Shown here: positions 39,822 to 54,048 of the stretch, in pieces
How positions within the stretch are numbered: the stretch's first letter is position 1
Layout: every line of letters starts with the position of its first letter
Source: Octopus sinensis
Lineage: Eukaryota
Assembly: GCF_006345805.1 (NCBI RefSeq)
Contig: NC_043003.1
Span: forward strand, 53,010,001-53,074,000
DNA: 64,000 bases
Direction of reading: 5' to 3'
Program-made: the position numbers and the translations under genes
Notes under the pieces: generated by a model
Told to the model about the DNA's origin: nothing
Database searches by the model: none
Seen by the model: only the letters and a program-made list of their open reading frames with translations

Positions 39822-39857
39822 GATATGAATAGCTTCCGAGACCCCAACAGGACTAAT
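39822..39857 (+). CDS. Candidate 36-nt exon (DMNSFRDPNRTN) of an unidentified gene
   Basis: Acceptor tttttttctttttatcAG and donor GTAAGC; length is a multiple of 3 and only frame 0 is stop-free. Confidence 0.55.
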
Positions 39858-41183
39858 GTAAGCCACGTGGGCAAGATCTAGCTTGGTTTAATAGCGCGTG
39901 TGTACCAGACGATGGAGCGGGCCGCGTGTGTCGTCTAACTGTACAGAAAGATGCGGTCTTTGTGATAGGATCCAATTGCACACTAAGGCCAATAATTTGT
40001 ACGTAATGGTAATTTGGCGTCAGCAAAGGAACAGGAGGGGTTTCGTCTCAAATGAACAGACGCTTCGAGCAGGCGTGGGGCCTGTCGACAGCATGTTTTG
40101 TAAAGTATTCAAATGGTCCCAACTTCCAGTGGCGATCACCTGCCTTTAGGAGGCGAGCACCCACAACCAGATGCAAAAATTATTTAATGATCAAATCAGT
40201 ATTGGGGGTGCAAGTGAGTAAGAAGAGAGTGTAAGACCCGAAACAAGGCGTCAGGAAGTAAAAGTGAGACGGTGGTAGTGTGTGAGGAAGAACAGATCTT
40301 TGATATGAAAAATACTTAGTCCAAAAGAAAGAATAAATAGAAAATGAAAAATGGGTGAAGGGTGGGGGAGATAAAAGGGAAAGAAAGAAGTTATAATGAA
40401 GAGGGGAAAAGAAAACAAGAGAATGATTTCAACTTCTGTCCTCTTTGTCTATATCTTTTTTCTCTTTCTGGTTAGAGATTTTTCTTTCGTATTTTCTTCT
40501 TTCTCTATTCTCTAGTTTGTTTGTGTTTTTTTTAGTTTTGTTTTTGTTTTTATTTTCTCCCCCATCTTCGTAACCTTTTCCTCGTCTTTATTTTTTTATA
40601 TATATAATGTAATGTGATTGTGTTGATAGTACACAGACGAAGGAAAGAAGCGAACACACCAATTGTCTGTGATTATGATGAGACAGCACTGAAGACGTGA
40701 TCTTACTGGAGGGGTCGACAGACACTGAATATATTGAAAAGAAAAGTCCATAATAATATCAAATGAAGTAAAAACAAAAAGTTTCTGATATGATTTTATT
40801 TTATTTTTATTTTTTTTGAAGAAAATATCAATATTACAGTTTTACAGTTCAAATTGTAGTTGTGAAGAAATGAGTCAATAGAAAAATGGTAGGTTGTTGC
40901 TTAAGGTGGGTGGGAGAAATATGAAGACGGTAGGGAAGAAAGGGGAAGCACAGAGCAGGGAAATTAGATGGAATAAGAGTGTTTGGTTTGTACAAGTTAG
41001 AGTAGGTGCGAATGTATAGCAGCGAACATTGGGGTGTGATATTTTCAATAGAAATTTAGATAGACTAAGAAAGAAGGATTTACTTAATATTTGTTTTTGT
41101 GTGTAAATATATCAACGTGTACGTGTGTATGTATATGTGAGAGAACTTATGTGTATTTTTGTGCTTGCTTTTTCCTGTGTATG

Positions 41184-41218
<35 letters not shown>

Positions 41219-42420
41219 GTGATGAAAGAAAGGGAGGAAAATTCTGTGTATGTATCTGTAGTGTTCGTGTATTCAATGAGTGTATACGTGTGTCTGAGTG
41301 AGAAAGTGAGAAAGTCTATGTATCTCTAGGATTGTGTGTGTGCGCGCGTGTACGTGCGTGTGTGCGTGTGTGCGTGCATGTGTTAATGAATTTCAATATG
41401 TGCTTTGTCCAAGAGAGAGAACTCTCCACTCATAAAATCTGCTTGCTAAAACTACATGTGTATTGAGAAAGAAATTATAAAGATTGAAAGAACTTCTTTA
41501 AGGATTTCTCTTCACAAAAGAAAAATGAAGTAGATCTGATTAGACAAACAAGAAAGAAGAATAATTATAAAAAATGAACAATAAATGAATTTAAAAAAAA
41601 AAAAAGCAAGGATAAAAATAGGTAAATGAAATAGTCTCTTTAAATACTTAATCTCCGCCCCAACACTTTTTCTGTTCTGCTTTTTCTTCTTTACTTTTTG
41701 TATTTTTATACTTTTTACTTCAAGTTTCTTGTGAGAAGAAAACCTGAAGGTAATATAAAGCATAATGAATAATTCATTCATTCAATAATTCTATCACCTT
41801 TATTTTAGAGAAATAAGCCAAGAAAGCTAAGTATATACTATGCAATGAGAAGTGGTCACTTTCCATTTATGTGTGCCTCGTTTTGTTTCTCTTCTTAGAT
41901 GGCACCCTGCGAGTGAACAAGTAAAAAGTCTTGATAGCTTTTGTCCGTATATAGAAAGAAATTAATTGGAGTAAAGTTGTACGCCTTTCTGGTGCTTATT
42001 TAAAAAAAAAAAAAAGAAGTCTTAATATGGGAAAAGTCTTTTGTAAGTGGAAAAGGGTGGGAGTCAGAAATAAGTTATTTTCGTCGGAATAAAATTGGTC
42101 ATATGAAGACTATCCACATATGTCGCGTTCAAGTGAGCTTTCCAACTGACACATATGTTGATGAGATCGCAATATTTTTCTTGATGGGCTCTAAACCGAC
42201 AGATTCACATAGAAAAGAAAACAAAGCGCTACATGTAAAAAAAAACAAACACTCGTACATTTATACATACTTAATAACGCATGCATAGGTACACACAACG
42301 ATAGGCTGATAAATGTATTCAAACATATTAAGAGCTATAAAGACGCGAAGCGACATGCGTGTGTCGACGTATAAAGCCCTAAATAATGCCCTCACTCACA
42401 TGCATATGCCCACACACACA

Positions 42421-42458
<38 letters not shown>

Positions 42459-43903
42459 ACACACACACAACACACAGGTATATAAATACATGCGCACTCA
42501 ATCAGACGTATGCATCCACAAAAGTATATACACATAGGCACACTCAAAGTTCGTCATTATTTTTCTCTTCCCCGAATCTTGCCCGATAGTTTCTTCAATT
42601 AACCTTTGTTATTACTATTCTCTGATCTTTCTTTCTATCGCTCTTCCTTCTTTTCTTCCTTCCTTTCGTCTTTATCCTTTTCTTTCTTTCTTTTTGTTAT
42701 TATATCTTTTCCCCCTTCTTGTCATCACTCCTTTTCATTATATATTCTTTTTATTCATTAAGTTTCTTTTAAAAATCTACCTGTTATTCTTTTCTGTTTC
42801 TTTAATCATTGTTTCTCAATTACTTCACTTCGGATAATTACATTTTACATTGAATAGATAGAAATTTAAGAGTTTTTGCAACTTTTACTGTATCAATCAG
42901 TCCTTTATGTATTCTAAAATATTGTTTGTATCAAACAAGGCTAGATTCATGTTCGTTCCAGACTACTAGTAGAGGAAACACGGAACATTATCTCTTCTCA
43001 TTATGAGCATATTCTTTCTTAATATATATTATCTGATTCATAGAATTAGTTCAGAATTTGAAACTATCAAAGTTTACGAGAATTTGTAAAATATTCCCCG
43101 GACAGGTTTTCCTACATTTTATAATATGCATACGTTGCAGTTTAGCAATATTCGAAATATTGGACTAATCACTTCCATTTCTAGGAACTCACACACACCA
43201 CCACCACCACTCATACCAATTTAATCTCAGTTTGTTCAACTTATAAGCATGCCAAAGTTTTTCTTCTCATCATGAAACGCAACCAAACTGATGAAAATAT
43301 CAAAAACATTTACAGCGTCAGCAAAAGTCTCATTAGCATTATGCTTTATTGTTCCACATACGTCCGGTAGTAGTCCCTGTTTTTACATACCTTATAATGC
43401 ATGTTTGATTCATACTGCACTTTCCACAAAATTTTGCTTATATTTTGTTTCTCAGAATCCTTTACTTACCAGTTTCTTATTTGTTGTTGAGGGCTGGTAA
43501 ATGAACTTCCATTACAAATTTCTGAAAAGTACGTTGGATGCATATGTACGAATATTTAATATCCCTTTTTCTTTCTTTCAGACATAAATACCTCACACTG
43601 TTTTATGTATTCCTATTAACAGCCAGCATGGGATACTTAAACTGAATATTAACCTTAATAATCGCGCTAAATTATCCTACATAACGTAACACCGTTTTCT
43701 TCCAATTCAATAGTACAGAAACAATAGCATTGTTAATTATGCCTGCGTGTGTGTATATGCATACCTCAGTATGTATATGCATATATATAAATTAATATAC
43801 GTAGATATACATACATAAAAGTACACATAGGCAGATATTATATATTCGCGTATCTATATCTGTATCTATATCTCACTCTCTTTCTCTCTTTCCATATGGT
43901 TAC

Positions 43904-43952
<49 letters not shown>

Positions 43953-44708
43953 ATATGTAATTGCTATGATTAGCATGAAACTAGCAACAATGAAGCTGTG
44001 AAATTTTTAATTCTGACATAATTCTGTTTATACATAAGTGTGGGAACCGGTTTGTATGTGAGTGTGCGTGTGTACGCTCTGGCAAATGAAACAACATATT
44101 TAATATAGAATTATGAATATATTATCATAATTACAAAATATTCTCCGTAGCCATACCCGTGCTTAGTGCATGCAATCACAAGTGTGAAACACAACAAAAT
44201 ACGCGAAATAAGGAGTGGAAAGTCCTGGTATTCTTTTCTAATACATTAGTGAACACAGTGATGAAATTGTAGGTGGGAATGAAAACCAGATTGAAATTAT
44301 GGTCAGTGAAAAGTTAGAGCTGTCACACGTGTCATACAGGGCCCTGGGATATATTCTTTTAAAATAAACTTTGTCTTTAGCTTATATGTTTCTACTTGAA
44401 TTTCTGGTATATTTTCAGCACACTTACAAACATGCATAAAACTCAATCTGATGGGAAAGAAAAAATTCTAACTATATTATATCATCGTAATTTTCGTAGA
44501 GCCATCGTTAGTTCTGCATATATTTTCTTCCCCTCTTGTGTTGCACAGAATGTTGTTAATATTGTTATTAGTATCATTGCTCTCATTGCAGCTGTTGCTT
44601 TCTGGTTTATTTGTTGTTGTAGTTGTTGTAATGATTAATTTTTTGCTTCTTGTTGATGGTAATTACTTCAGCGACGGTGGTAAAAACAATGATGATAACG
44701 ATGATAAC

Positions 44709-44741
<33 letters not shown>

Positions 44742-45301
44742 GGAAATCCTATAACGAGAACGACAAGGGTGACAACAGTAGTAACTTTAAAAGAAAAAAA
44801 AATGAGTGGTGGTGACAGTGATAGAGGTATTGATGACTATTGTGATACTTTTACTACTAATGTAACCAATTAGCTTTTATTTGAAAGAGATCATAATTAA
44901 TATTAGCTTATTGTTTCATTGCTTTATTTTCTTTCCTTCGAACACCGAGACACACTTTCTACACGTAGCTGTATTATACTAATGTGGAAGTTTTCTCCAA
45001 CAGCCAGTCAGCTAATCATTTCATCTCAGCCACTACTACGTTAGCGTCCAGCTGTCTGCTACTGTTTCGCTACTAGCCTCATTCCCGCATTTCCCGATTA
45101 GTACATGGGATTTATCTGCCCTTGTACTAATCTGCCATAGACAGCCAGCGCTTTTATCCCATTTCTCCCTGTCTTTTCTGTTCATTTTCTCCTGTAATAT
45201 GTCCTAAATATAATATTGGTTTGTTTAAACACTTCTCTAGCATCTAAATTTACATAACTCAAACATATATATTTAAGAATATTTCAAGACCCGATTTTAA
45301 G

Positions 45302-45337
<36 letters not shown>

Positions 45338-45424
45338 TATTCAATTTTCTATCCATTCACCTAATTCATTATAATATATTTATTTAATTAAATTTACAAT
45401 TGTATTTAGAATATACTTTTTTTT

Positions 45425-45612
45425 TTCTACTCTAGGCACAAGGCCCGAAATTTTGTGGGAGGGGACCAGTCGATTAGATCGACCCAGTCCGCAACTGGTA
45501 CTTAATTTATCGACTCCCGAAATGATGAAAGGCAAAGTCGACCTCGGCGGAATTTGAACTCAGAGCATAAAGACAGAGAAATAGCGCTAACGTTTCTGCC
45601 AGCTCGCCGCCT
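45425..45612 (-). mobile_element. SINE family A
   Basis: gaaaggcaaagtcgacctcggcggaatttgaactcag...ctgccagctcgccgcctt. Confidence 0.85.
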
Positions 45613-47304
45613 TGTATTTAGAATATATTAAAACACTTACAATATATGAAACTTCTCTGATTTTTTCCTCGGTAAAAATTATTGGAAATAATCCACACTT
45701 TATTTCACTATGGTTTCATTATGCTTAACTTTCCTATGACTCTCCTTGAATATATGTTGCAGACGAGGTAATTTTAGTATATTCTTATTCAATTGCGAAT
45801 ATCATACAAAGAGAGAAGTTCCTGACAAGACGATTTTGACTCCAGGTTGTAGCTCATTCGCTTCATATATAACAATAAAACTCTTAAGAAATGTGTTTAT
45901 AGAAATGATAATTTTCATATTCCACCCACTTAAAATCAATAGATTATTTCTTCGTTTAGTATGCCTTCTGAAAGATTAGTTAATTTGAATATTGCACTTT
46001 TGGTGAGAACATTTCTAATGGCTTAGTCAGGAAAGAAAGGTAGAGCTCATGACCCCTTTACAGAGCCTCTGATACTCATGAAGAGAAGGAGGATGGTATC
46101 CTGAAAACGGATAGGAGTTTGCAACAGAATAAGCTCTGGTTGAGACACACAAGAAGCAGGTGACGTTAAACTGGGCGGCAAATTAAATTTACCACCCAAG
46201 TAGGCTAAGGCGGGATTTGAACTCATAACGCAGAAAGCTGAAATAAACACTGCCAGGCATCCGGTCCGACGTTCAAACGATTCTCTAAACCCACTTTTCT
46301 AGATTGATACTTTATTTATCGGTATTACTGTACACAGTAAGAATCTTTTGATTTCGATCCTTGATTGTAGTTCGCTCAATCCATTATTTCCCTAGTACCA
46401 AAAGAAGGCGCACGGTCTCCTCAAAAGTTTTCCTGTTTCCGTGATGTCAAATAAATAATTACACATTCATAAAAACTACGAACTGTTATACAATTTGCTC
46501 CAATCATTACACAAATGCATGGAAATATATAAATATTTATCCTTACATTTGTAGTGTTTCAAATAATGGATATTAACCAATTTTAATGTTATCCTTATTT
46601 ATGCTATATACCTGTGGAGTTATGTAATTTCACATTTAAAATTTATTTTAACTTCTTAATTGAAAAAAGAAAATGTATTTCGAGCAATTTTTTTTCCTAT
46701 GAAAGAAAAAAATACCGATTCAATTGAAATGAAGGATTTGAATAATTCTGTGCTGTCACAGCAAGCATTAGTAAAACAGGAACTTTTCAGCGTTTGTAAA
46801 TCTAAGAACTTATAAAGTTAAATATTAGTGTGTTATATAAAATAATAGAATCATATTGAAGATAAACAAAGCGTTCTTGAGCAAGTTTATTTCAATATTC
46901 TCATAACTGAATATCGTTTGAATAATTTTAACGAGTATGTACCACAAGTAAGGTTCAAGTTATCTCCATTAGTCCCAAGCCTTGTACTAGGTTGAACATT
47001 GTCAGTGAGTGAAGAGAAATACCAGCTGTCACGCCCTGACCGTCCTCTTTGTTTATCTCTTCAATAGCTACCATCAGAATCTAACACTGGATAATGTAGT
47101 CCTATATGGTCACAGCTGGAATGTATTTGATTATATGCCTGCTTAAAGAGAGGTGACCCGGGGATAAACAGCAAAAACAGACGCACAAAAATTGACTAGG
47201 CAGCGGTGAGAGCGCATTTCCAGACTCAAACTGCCCCCTAAAATATTAACCACTATAGGTCAGAGTGTGTTGGCAAGGTTTTCATCTAGACGGAGCTATG
47301 TTGT

Positions 47305-47370
47305 ACATACATACATACATACATACATACATACATACATACATACATACAGACAGACAGACAGACAGAC

Positions 47371-47433
<63 letters not shown>

Positions 47434-47455
47434 CAGATAGATAGATAGATAGATA
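47305..47455. repeat. Compound tetranucleotide microsatellite (CATA)n(CAGA)n(TAGA)n
   Basis: Read directly from the sequence. Confidence 0.95.
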
Positions 47456-47540
47456 TGGGATGCGCTTAATTATCTGTCTTTTATAAGCCTGTTCGAAGAT
47501 AGCTGACTTGGAGTTATATTGCAACAGCAATAATATATGA

Positions 47541-47591
<51 letters not shown>

Positions 47592-47794
47592 GTTGTTGTT
47601 GTTGTTGTTGTTGTTATTCAAAATTAGGAATATTCAGAGGAAGAGGGATATTTGTGCCTTGGGCGAGAGTATTATTGGTGGGAGTAAAGCGAATTAATTT
47701 CACCCGAGTGAGTGTTAGACGCAAATATGAAAAGTATGGAAGATTACTTTTTGCTTTACGGCGCTCGCGACGGAACGTAAAATATTGTAATAGA

Positions 47795-48012
47795 AAGTAG
47801 CCAGCTGGCAGAATTGTTAGAACGCCGGGCAAGATGCGTAGAGGCATTTCAACCGTTTTCACGTTCTGAGGTCAAATTTTACCGCGGCCGACTTTGCCTT
47901 TTATCCTTTCGGGTTCGATGAAAAATAAGTACCAGTTAATCACTTGGGTCAATGTGATCGACTTATCCGCTCCCCTGAAACTGCTGGCTTTGTGCCGAAA
48001 TTTGAAACCAAT
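47795..48012 (+). mobile_element. SINE family A
   Basis: agctggcagaattgttag...gactttgccttttatcctttcgggttcg. Confidence 0.8.
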
Positions 48013-48289
48013 ATATTGCAGTAGAGTCACTAATATAACGGTGATTATGATGAACTGACTCTAATCTTAGCTTGTAGAATGCCACACAAAAGGACTCACG
48101 CTATTTAATTTCGTCTCTTTAAGATCCAAATTCAAATCCAGCCATTGTAATTTTTTCCGTCCATGCTACCAGTATTGAGTGTTAATTTTATTAACCCACG
48201 AAAAAAAAAATGTGAGATCTTGGACCTTGTCTGAGTTAACACATATATTTCAAGGTTCAACACAAATTCCGAGAAAGATGGTTCTTCCA

Positions 48290-48545
48290 TTTTTTTGCTA
48301 AACAATCTCCACAAATGATTTGTTTATAGTGGTCAAATGTATGTGCTGTACATTAGCTCATTCCGTCAATCAAATTGATATTCCCTGAACAGGTGCATAG
48401 CGTGCCACACATCATGTGACAAAGTGATCGCTGAGCAGCTTGGGATAAAGCTTTTTGCTAAAGAACATTACGGACTCCCCAGCCCATGATCTGAAACGAC
48501 AATCTGAATACAACACCCTAACCAGTGGGCTGTGCATCCTCTCAA
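48290..48545 (-). mobile_element. Old SINE-like repeat (family D)
   Basis: Inverted match to the 18080-18285 tail. Confidence 0.55.
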
Positions 48546-48974
48546 CACAAATATTCAATATTAAGAAAGCTGTCCACTAGAAAACATACACGAGTCATTC
48601 AGACTTGACAAAAGGTGTTAAAACTTAACATGAATGTTCAAATAATTTTACGATTTGCAAAACCTGGTATTAATTGAAAAAGAGGACCCTGCATGATCTA
48701 ATTATCTTTATTCCTCGATGTCACATTTTCATACAGTAAACTAGTTACCATAGGGTCACTTAGTATTCGTGAAAACTATACTTCCGCTAATGAGAGTCAA
48801 GAATACAGAAACGTTCGGAGTTGTTTCCCTTGTTACCGCGGTCACAGAATCAAGTTGACTAACCCTCATTTGGTTTCTTAATCATGATATTTAAACATAC
48901 TGTAGTTATTCCTGACGTCAAAATCATGAGGAATCATAAAACCCCGTTTTCGTTTATTTCATAATTATAGTCAT

Positions 48975-49302
48975 AATGGAGCACTCCGTCGGTTGCGACG
49001 GTCGAGGGTCCCAGCTTATACGATCAACGAAACAGCTTACTCGTGAAATTAACATGTAAGTGGCTGAGCACTCCACAAACCCGTGTACTCATAACGTAGT
49101 TCTCGGGGAGATTCAGCGTGACACGGAGTGTGACAAGGCTGGCCCTTTGAAATAAAGGTACTACTCATTTTTGCTAGCTGAGTGGACTGGAGCAACGTGA
49201 AATAAAGTGTCTTGCTCAAGGACACAACGCGCCGCCGGTAATTGAACACACGACTTTACGATCATGAGCCGAATGCCCCGAACCACTAAGCCACGCGCCT
49301 TC
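48975..49302 (-). mobile_element. SINE family C
   Basis: Reverse complement: ggcgcgtggcttagtggtt...gtgttcaattacc...gttgtgtccttgagcaagacac. Confidence 0.85.
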
Positions 49303-49726
49303 ACATAATAGTCATAATATATTATAATTAAATTACCAATTTATCTAATTTGTTAGTCTCAATTAATGCAGTTCACTAACTTTTCAATATAGTAAGTTAG
49401 TCCGAAGACATTTTCATTCCCCCATCCCCAACGAAAAAGTTGCAGAATCGGAAAACTTGCCACTAACGGCAATTAAGAAGGGAGAAACTTTGTGAGTTGT
49501 TTGCCTTGCTAAGTTGGACAAAGGATGCAGTTAACAATCCCATAATAATTTTTCATACCCATTGTATTTCAACAATACTTGGATCACATCTGATGTAAAT
49601 TTTGGGAGAAATAATCAAGTTCACATTCATATTTATCTGCGTGCGCTTGTCTATATATGGACTTATGGTGTATATACATGCACTGCTCGTATATATGTAT
49701 TATATGCAGTATATATATATATATAT

Positions 49727-49758
<32 letters not shown>

Positions 49759-50214
49759 CTTGTATGTGTGCACTTACATGCATTTATATAAGTTTGTATG
49801 CGTGCATATATGTATGTACACCACAGGCTTGTGCTGTATTTTCTCTAATGTTTGTGCATTTATGTTGCCCTTATAGAAAATAAAAGAATATTTTATTGTA
49901 GTAGTAGTAGAAACTGTTGTTTACGGTTGGTGTTATCATAGAAGAAAATTCTTGTTTTACTAAAGCTAGGATCAGGTTTCTATTTCCGACTGAAGCAATA
50001 GTATTTGATGCACGTTGCAAATTTCCGTGGGAAAGTCATTCTTACGCAGCATCTTATTGTTTCCTTCATAAACGGTCGACTCCACGCTTGTTTTCCTGTT
50101 TCCGAGATATCAATAAATAACCACACGCCGATCTTTGTATTTTACAGGAAGATGTTACAATTTTTATCGCTAGTGAAGGTATTATATAAACAGAAATATT
50201 AAAACGTGTTATGC

Positions 50215-51440
50215 GGAAGTCAGTGGGTTAATAGAATCATTAAAAAGATGATTCATACACTTCTGTTTTCAAATCCAGCTGCGGTCAGTTTTGATTTTCA
50301 TCCTTCTGGCATCAATAAAATAGAATATCAGCCAAGTACTGCGAATGATTTATATTTTTATACTAATTTCAAATTTAGGTGCCAGACCAGTGAATCGTCG
50401 GAAAAGGGTCAGTCGATTAAACCGGCTCCTGTACTTGACTGGTACTTCATTTTAACAACCGAGAAAGGGTTAAAGACAAAGTTAACACCGGAAGGATTTG
50501 AATCCAGAATAAAGAACCGGAACGAATACCGTAAGACGTTTTCTCTGATACTCTAATATGTCAATCTACCGGCCTTTATATTCCTAAAATACATTTTATA
50601 CGTGAAAGGAATCATGATAGAAGACTCCCCGACCGCTTATTTTGATTCTCGTTTGAAACATTATTCACTCCGTTGCCAGACAAATGATTCTTAAAATTGC
50701 TGTCTCTTTTCTAAAAACTTTATTGCTTCATATCTTGTCCCTATACATTAAAAGATCATTATTTTATAGCTAATATGCATAATATGTTCTATTCTATGAC
50801 ATTTTCCACTAAGAGAGCAGTTCGTCTGACAATGAAGGAACTTCTTATGGTAGTTCCTCAAACTGCTAGATATTGTGACCACATTTATCTCAAATCATAA
50901 CCAATTGTCGTAATACTTGAAGAATACTCTGCACAATGTAACTCTAAATATACTTTTTGAATACAAGCATGTTTGGTTACATTTTGGAACGTCTTTGATC
51001 ATGAGTTTTCTGAAGCTTAAAATCAACAACTTAATCAGTAACCTCTTTACAGCAAGCGGTGAACAAGCGTCAGAGACAAATGCTTTATGGCATTTGTTTA
51101 CGCTCTGTGTTAGAATCCCGCTGAGGTCAGTTTTGCACTTCATGTTTCTGTTGTCGATTAAACGGAATACCAGTTAAGTACCGAGGCCGTTGAACCCGAT
51201 TCACTTCAACCCATCAAATTTGTTGGCCTGTTGCCTAAATTAGGAAATCTTAAAGGTGGGTAGCGGCACAATCATTTGAGCGTTGAAAGAAATGTCACGC
51301 AGTATTTATTACGGCTCTTTACGTTCTCAGTACAAATCATTCCGAGTTCAACATTACCTTTTATCCTTCTGGAGTCGATAAATTAGAGTACCAGTCAAAA
51401 AGAACAATGGTATCCACTAAACCCCATCCCTAAAAATTGT
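50215..51440. mobile_element. Cluster of about four old SINE family A remnants in both orientations
   Basis: Degenerate B-box/core matches near 50270 (+), 50490 (-), 51120 (+) and 51330 (+). Confidence 0.5.
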
Positions 51441-51528
51441 ATTTTGAGCAAACGTATTAAAACGTAACGCTGAGGATGATACGGTTTTATCACCCTGTGT
51501 TCTCTCTCTTTCTCTTTTTTTTCTGCAG

Positions 51529-51598
51529 GTGTCTTACCATACAAATAGAATATTTTGGAAAATGTAACGATATACCCTGTTCAGCACAGGATAGAAAA
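51529..51598 (+). CDS. Candidate 70-nt exon (CLTIQIEYFGKCNDIPCSAQDRK)
   Basis: Long pyrimidine tract ending ttctgcAG; donor GTAAGA; one open frame, Cys-rich. Confidence 0.45.
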
Positions 51599-52262
51599 GT
51601 AAGACTCTTTATCGGACATGCTTATTGTTGTTTTTATTCGTGCTTTAAAATGACTTGTACTCCTGAGGTGAGAGGGACTAGCCATGAATGTGATAGCACA
51701 ATGCATGACAGGAAGAAGAAAACAAAATGTGCAAATTTATATAAAATTTATATAAAAGACAAACAGAAAACGAAACGAACATCATCGAACAAAAAGAGAG
51801 TAAACATCAAACTTTCACAAACGAAATGAATAAAGAATTAGTTAATGGTACTGAAAACAATGACGTAAGTTTTGCTAGTGTTGCTGGTCAAAGAGAGCCC
51901 TGATACATAGTCAGATAACATAAAGAGAAAACGGTATAGAAATGATATAGGAAAGTACCTCCTTTCTTTTGGAAAGAAAAGGGAAAGCGTTATATGTATC
52001 TATTTTGTCATAAACGGAAGAAGCTTTGACATCAAAGCATCAGTTAAAAGAAACCCTGTTTGTTGTGTGGAGTGATGTCCCACTGAGATCTCAGCGGGAC
52101 ATTTGGTATTGTGCACTTGAACTTATGTCGAGAGTAGGTGACAGATGAATTTGGTGTACTACTCACTCACCTACAAGTTGGTACTGCAATGTATATAGTA
52201 GGATAAAAATGGCCGTTGTCAAAGAAATTCGTTATGGCTTAGACTTTTGACTCGTCTTTATA

Positions 52263-52312
<50 letters not shown>

Positions 52313-52354
52313 GCACACACGTACATACATACATACATACATACATACACTATA

Positions 52355-52640
52355 ACTGGCTCTCCGTCGGTTACGACGACGAGGGTTTCAGTTGATACGA
52401 TCAACAGAACGGCCTGCTCCGCAGACACATGTACCCTTAACGTAGCTCTCAGGGAAATTTAGCCAGACAGAGTGTGACAAGGCTGGCCCTTTGAAATACT
52501 GGTACTAGTCATTTTTGCCAGCTGAGTGGACTGGACCAACGTGAAATAAAGTGTCTTGCGCAAGGACACAACGCGTCACCGGGAATTGAACTTACGACCT
52601 TACGATCGTGAGCCAAATATCCTACCCACTAAACAATGCA

Positions 52641-52645
<5 letters not shown>
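52355..52645 (-). mobile_element. SINE family C
   Basis: Close match to 48975-49302. Confidence 0.85.
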
Positions 52646-52708
<63 letters not shown>

Positions 52709-53522
52709 TGTATGTATGTATGTATTATGTATGTATGTATGTATATATGTATGTATGTTTGTTTCTATGTATGTATAGATGGATAGATAAATAGATAGAC
52801 AGATAGGCAGACAGATAAACAAACAGACAGACAGACAGATAATTTGATATTTGTAATTCTTAACCTCTTTGTGGATGCAAAAGAAAAGCTCTTAGACTAA
52901 AGGTAGTTCAGAGAAGAGGAGCTAAAGCGAAGTTGACAGGGTGAGCAACGGATAGTAGGAGACCCTGCAATAACAATATTAAACCTCACGAACGGCTGCT
53001 TTCGCAGCAGTTCCGAGAAGAGCCAAAAAACTCATCACAACTTTATAGCCAGAAACCGACATCCAGAAAGCTGTAAGGAATCCTTCCAGTTGCATCATTC
53101 TGTCATCGTAAAACTATTCAAAGTAAATGGATGATAGAAATGGGTGGTAAATTGTCAAAGAACTAACAAAGAATTGAAGGGTTTCCTTAACAAACTGACG
53201 GTAAGAATATGCTTTATATGTTATTGAAAAGGAGCTGGACTAAAATTTTGTGGAACGATAAACGGCCAATTCAATCCAAACGAACAGTTTCTGAATATCC
53301 AGGATTTAAGCTACACAGAGCGCCTAGGGCGCTTCTCATCCAAACCAACACCAAAGAATTTGCCAATCACATTTGGGAGCACCGTTTTTGAAGGAATGAG
53401 AGTTCATGAGCAAGTCTACAGGGTACCTTAATCTTACCCAAAAAAGGGAGTTTCTGCATTGTATATCCGTACATGGGTAATTATGTTTTATTTTGTGTTA
53501 TTTATCTACCTATATGCTTTCC

Positions 53523-53596
<74 letters not shown>

Positions 53597-53657
53597 ATAT
53601 CTATCTATCTATCTATCTATTATCTATCTATCTATATCTATCTATCTATCTATATAT

Positions 53658-53730
<73 letters not shown>

Positions 53731-54048
53731 ATAATTATAACGATAGAGTATATGGAAACTGGTACAACCTCAAAATTGACTTCCTTTTATTTTACAATGT
53801 CATATTTTTACGACGACCTACACATGTTTCCACTGCAGAGAGTATGAGCAGTTGCATATCCAAGTAGTCATAGACGTTTACTACCAATCGATACAGTTAG
53901 CCGTATCCTGGAACATAACTGAGAGCTACCACGGTATCCGTCCGGATAATATATCCCTTTAAACTCTCTCTCTCTCTCTCTCTCACTCACACACACATAC
54001 ACACACACACATATATGTATGTATTATGTATGTATGTATGTATGTATG

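Noticed and set aside
40675-40728. Box C/D snoRNA-like layout (ATGATGA...CTGA...CTGA)
   Set aside because: Only ~54 nt, weak terminal stem and no recognisable rRNA or snRNA guide; such motifs are expected by chance
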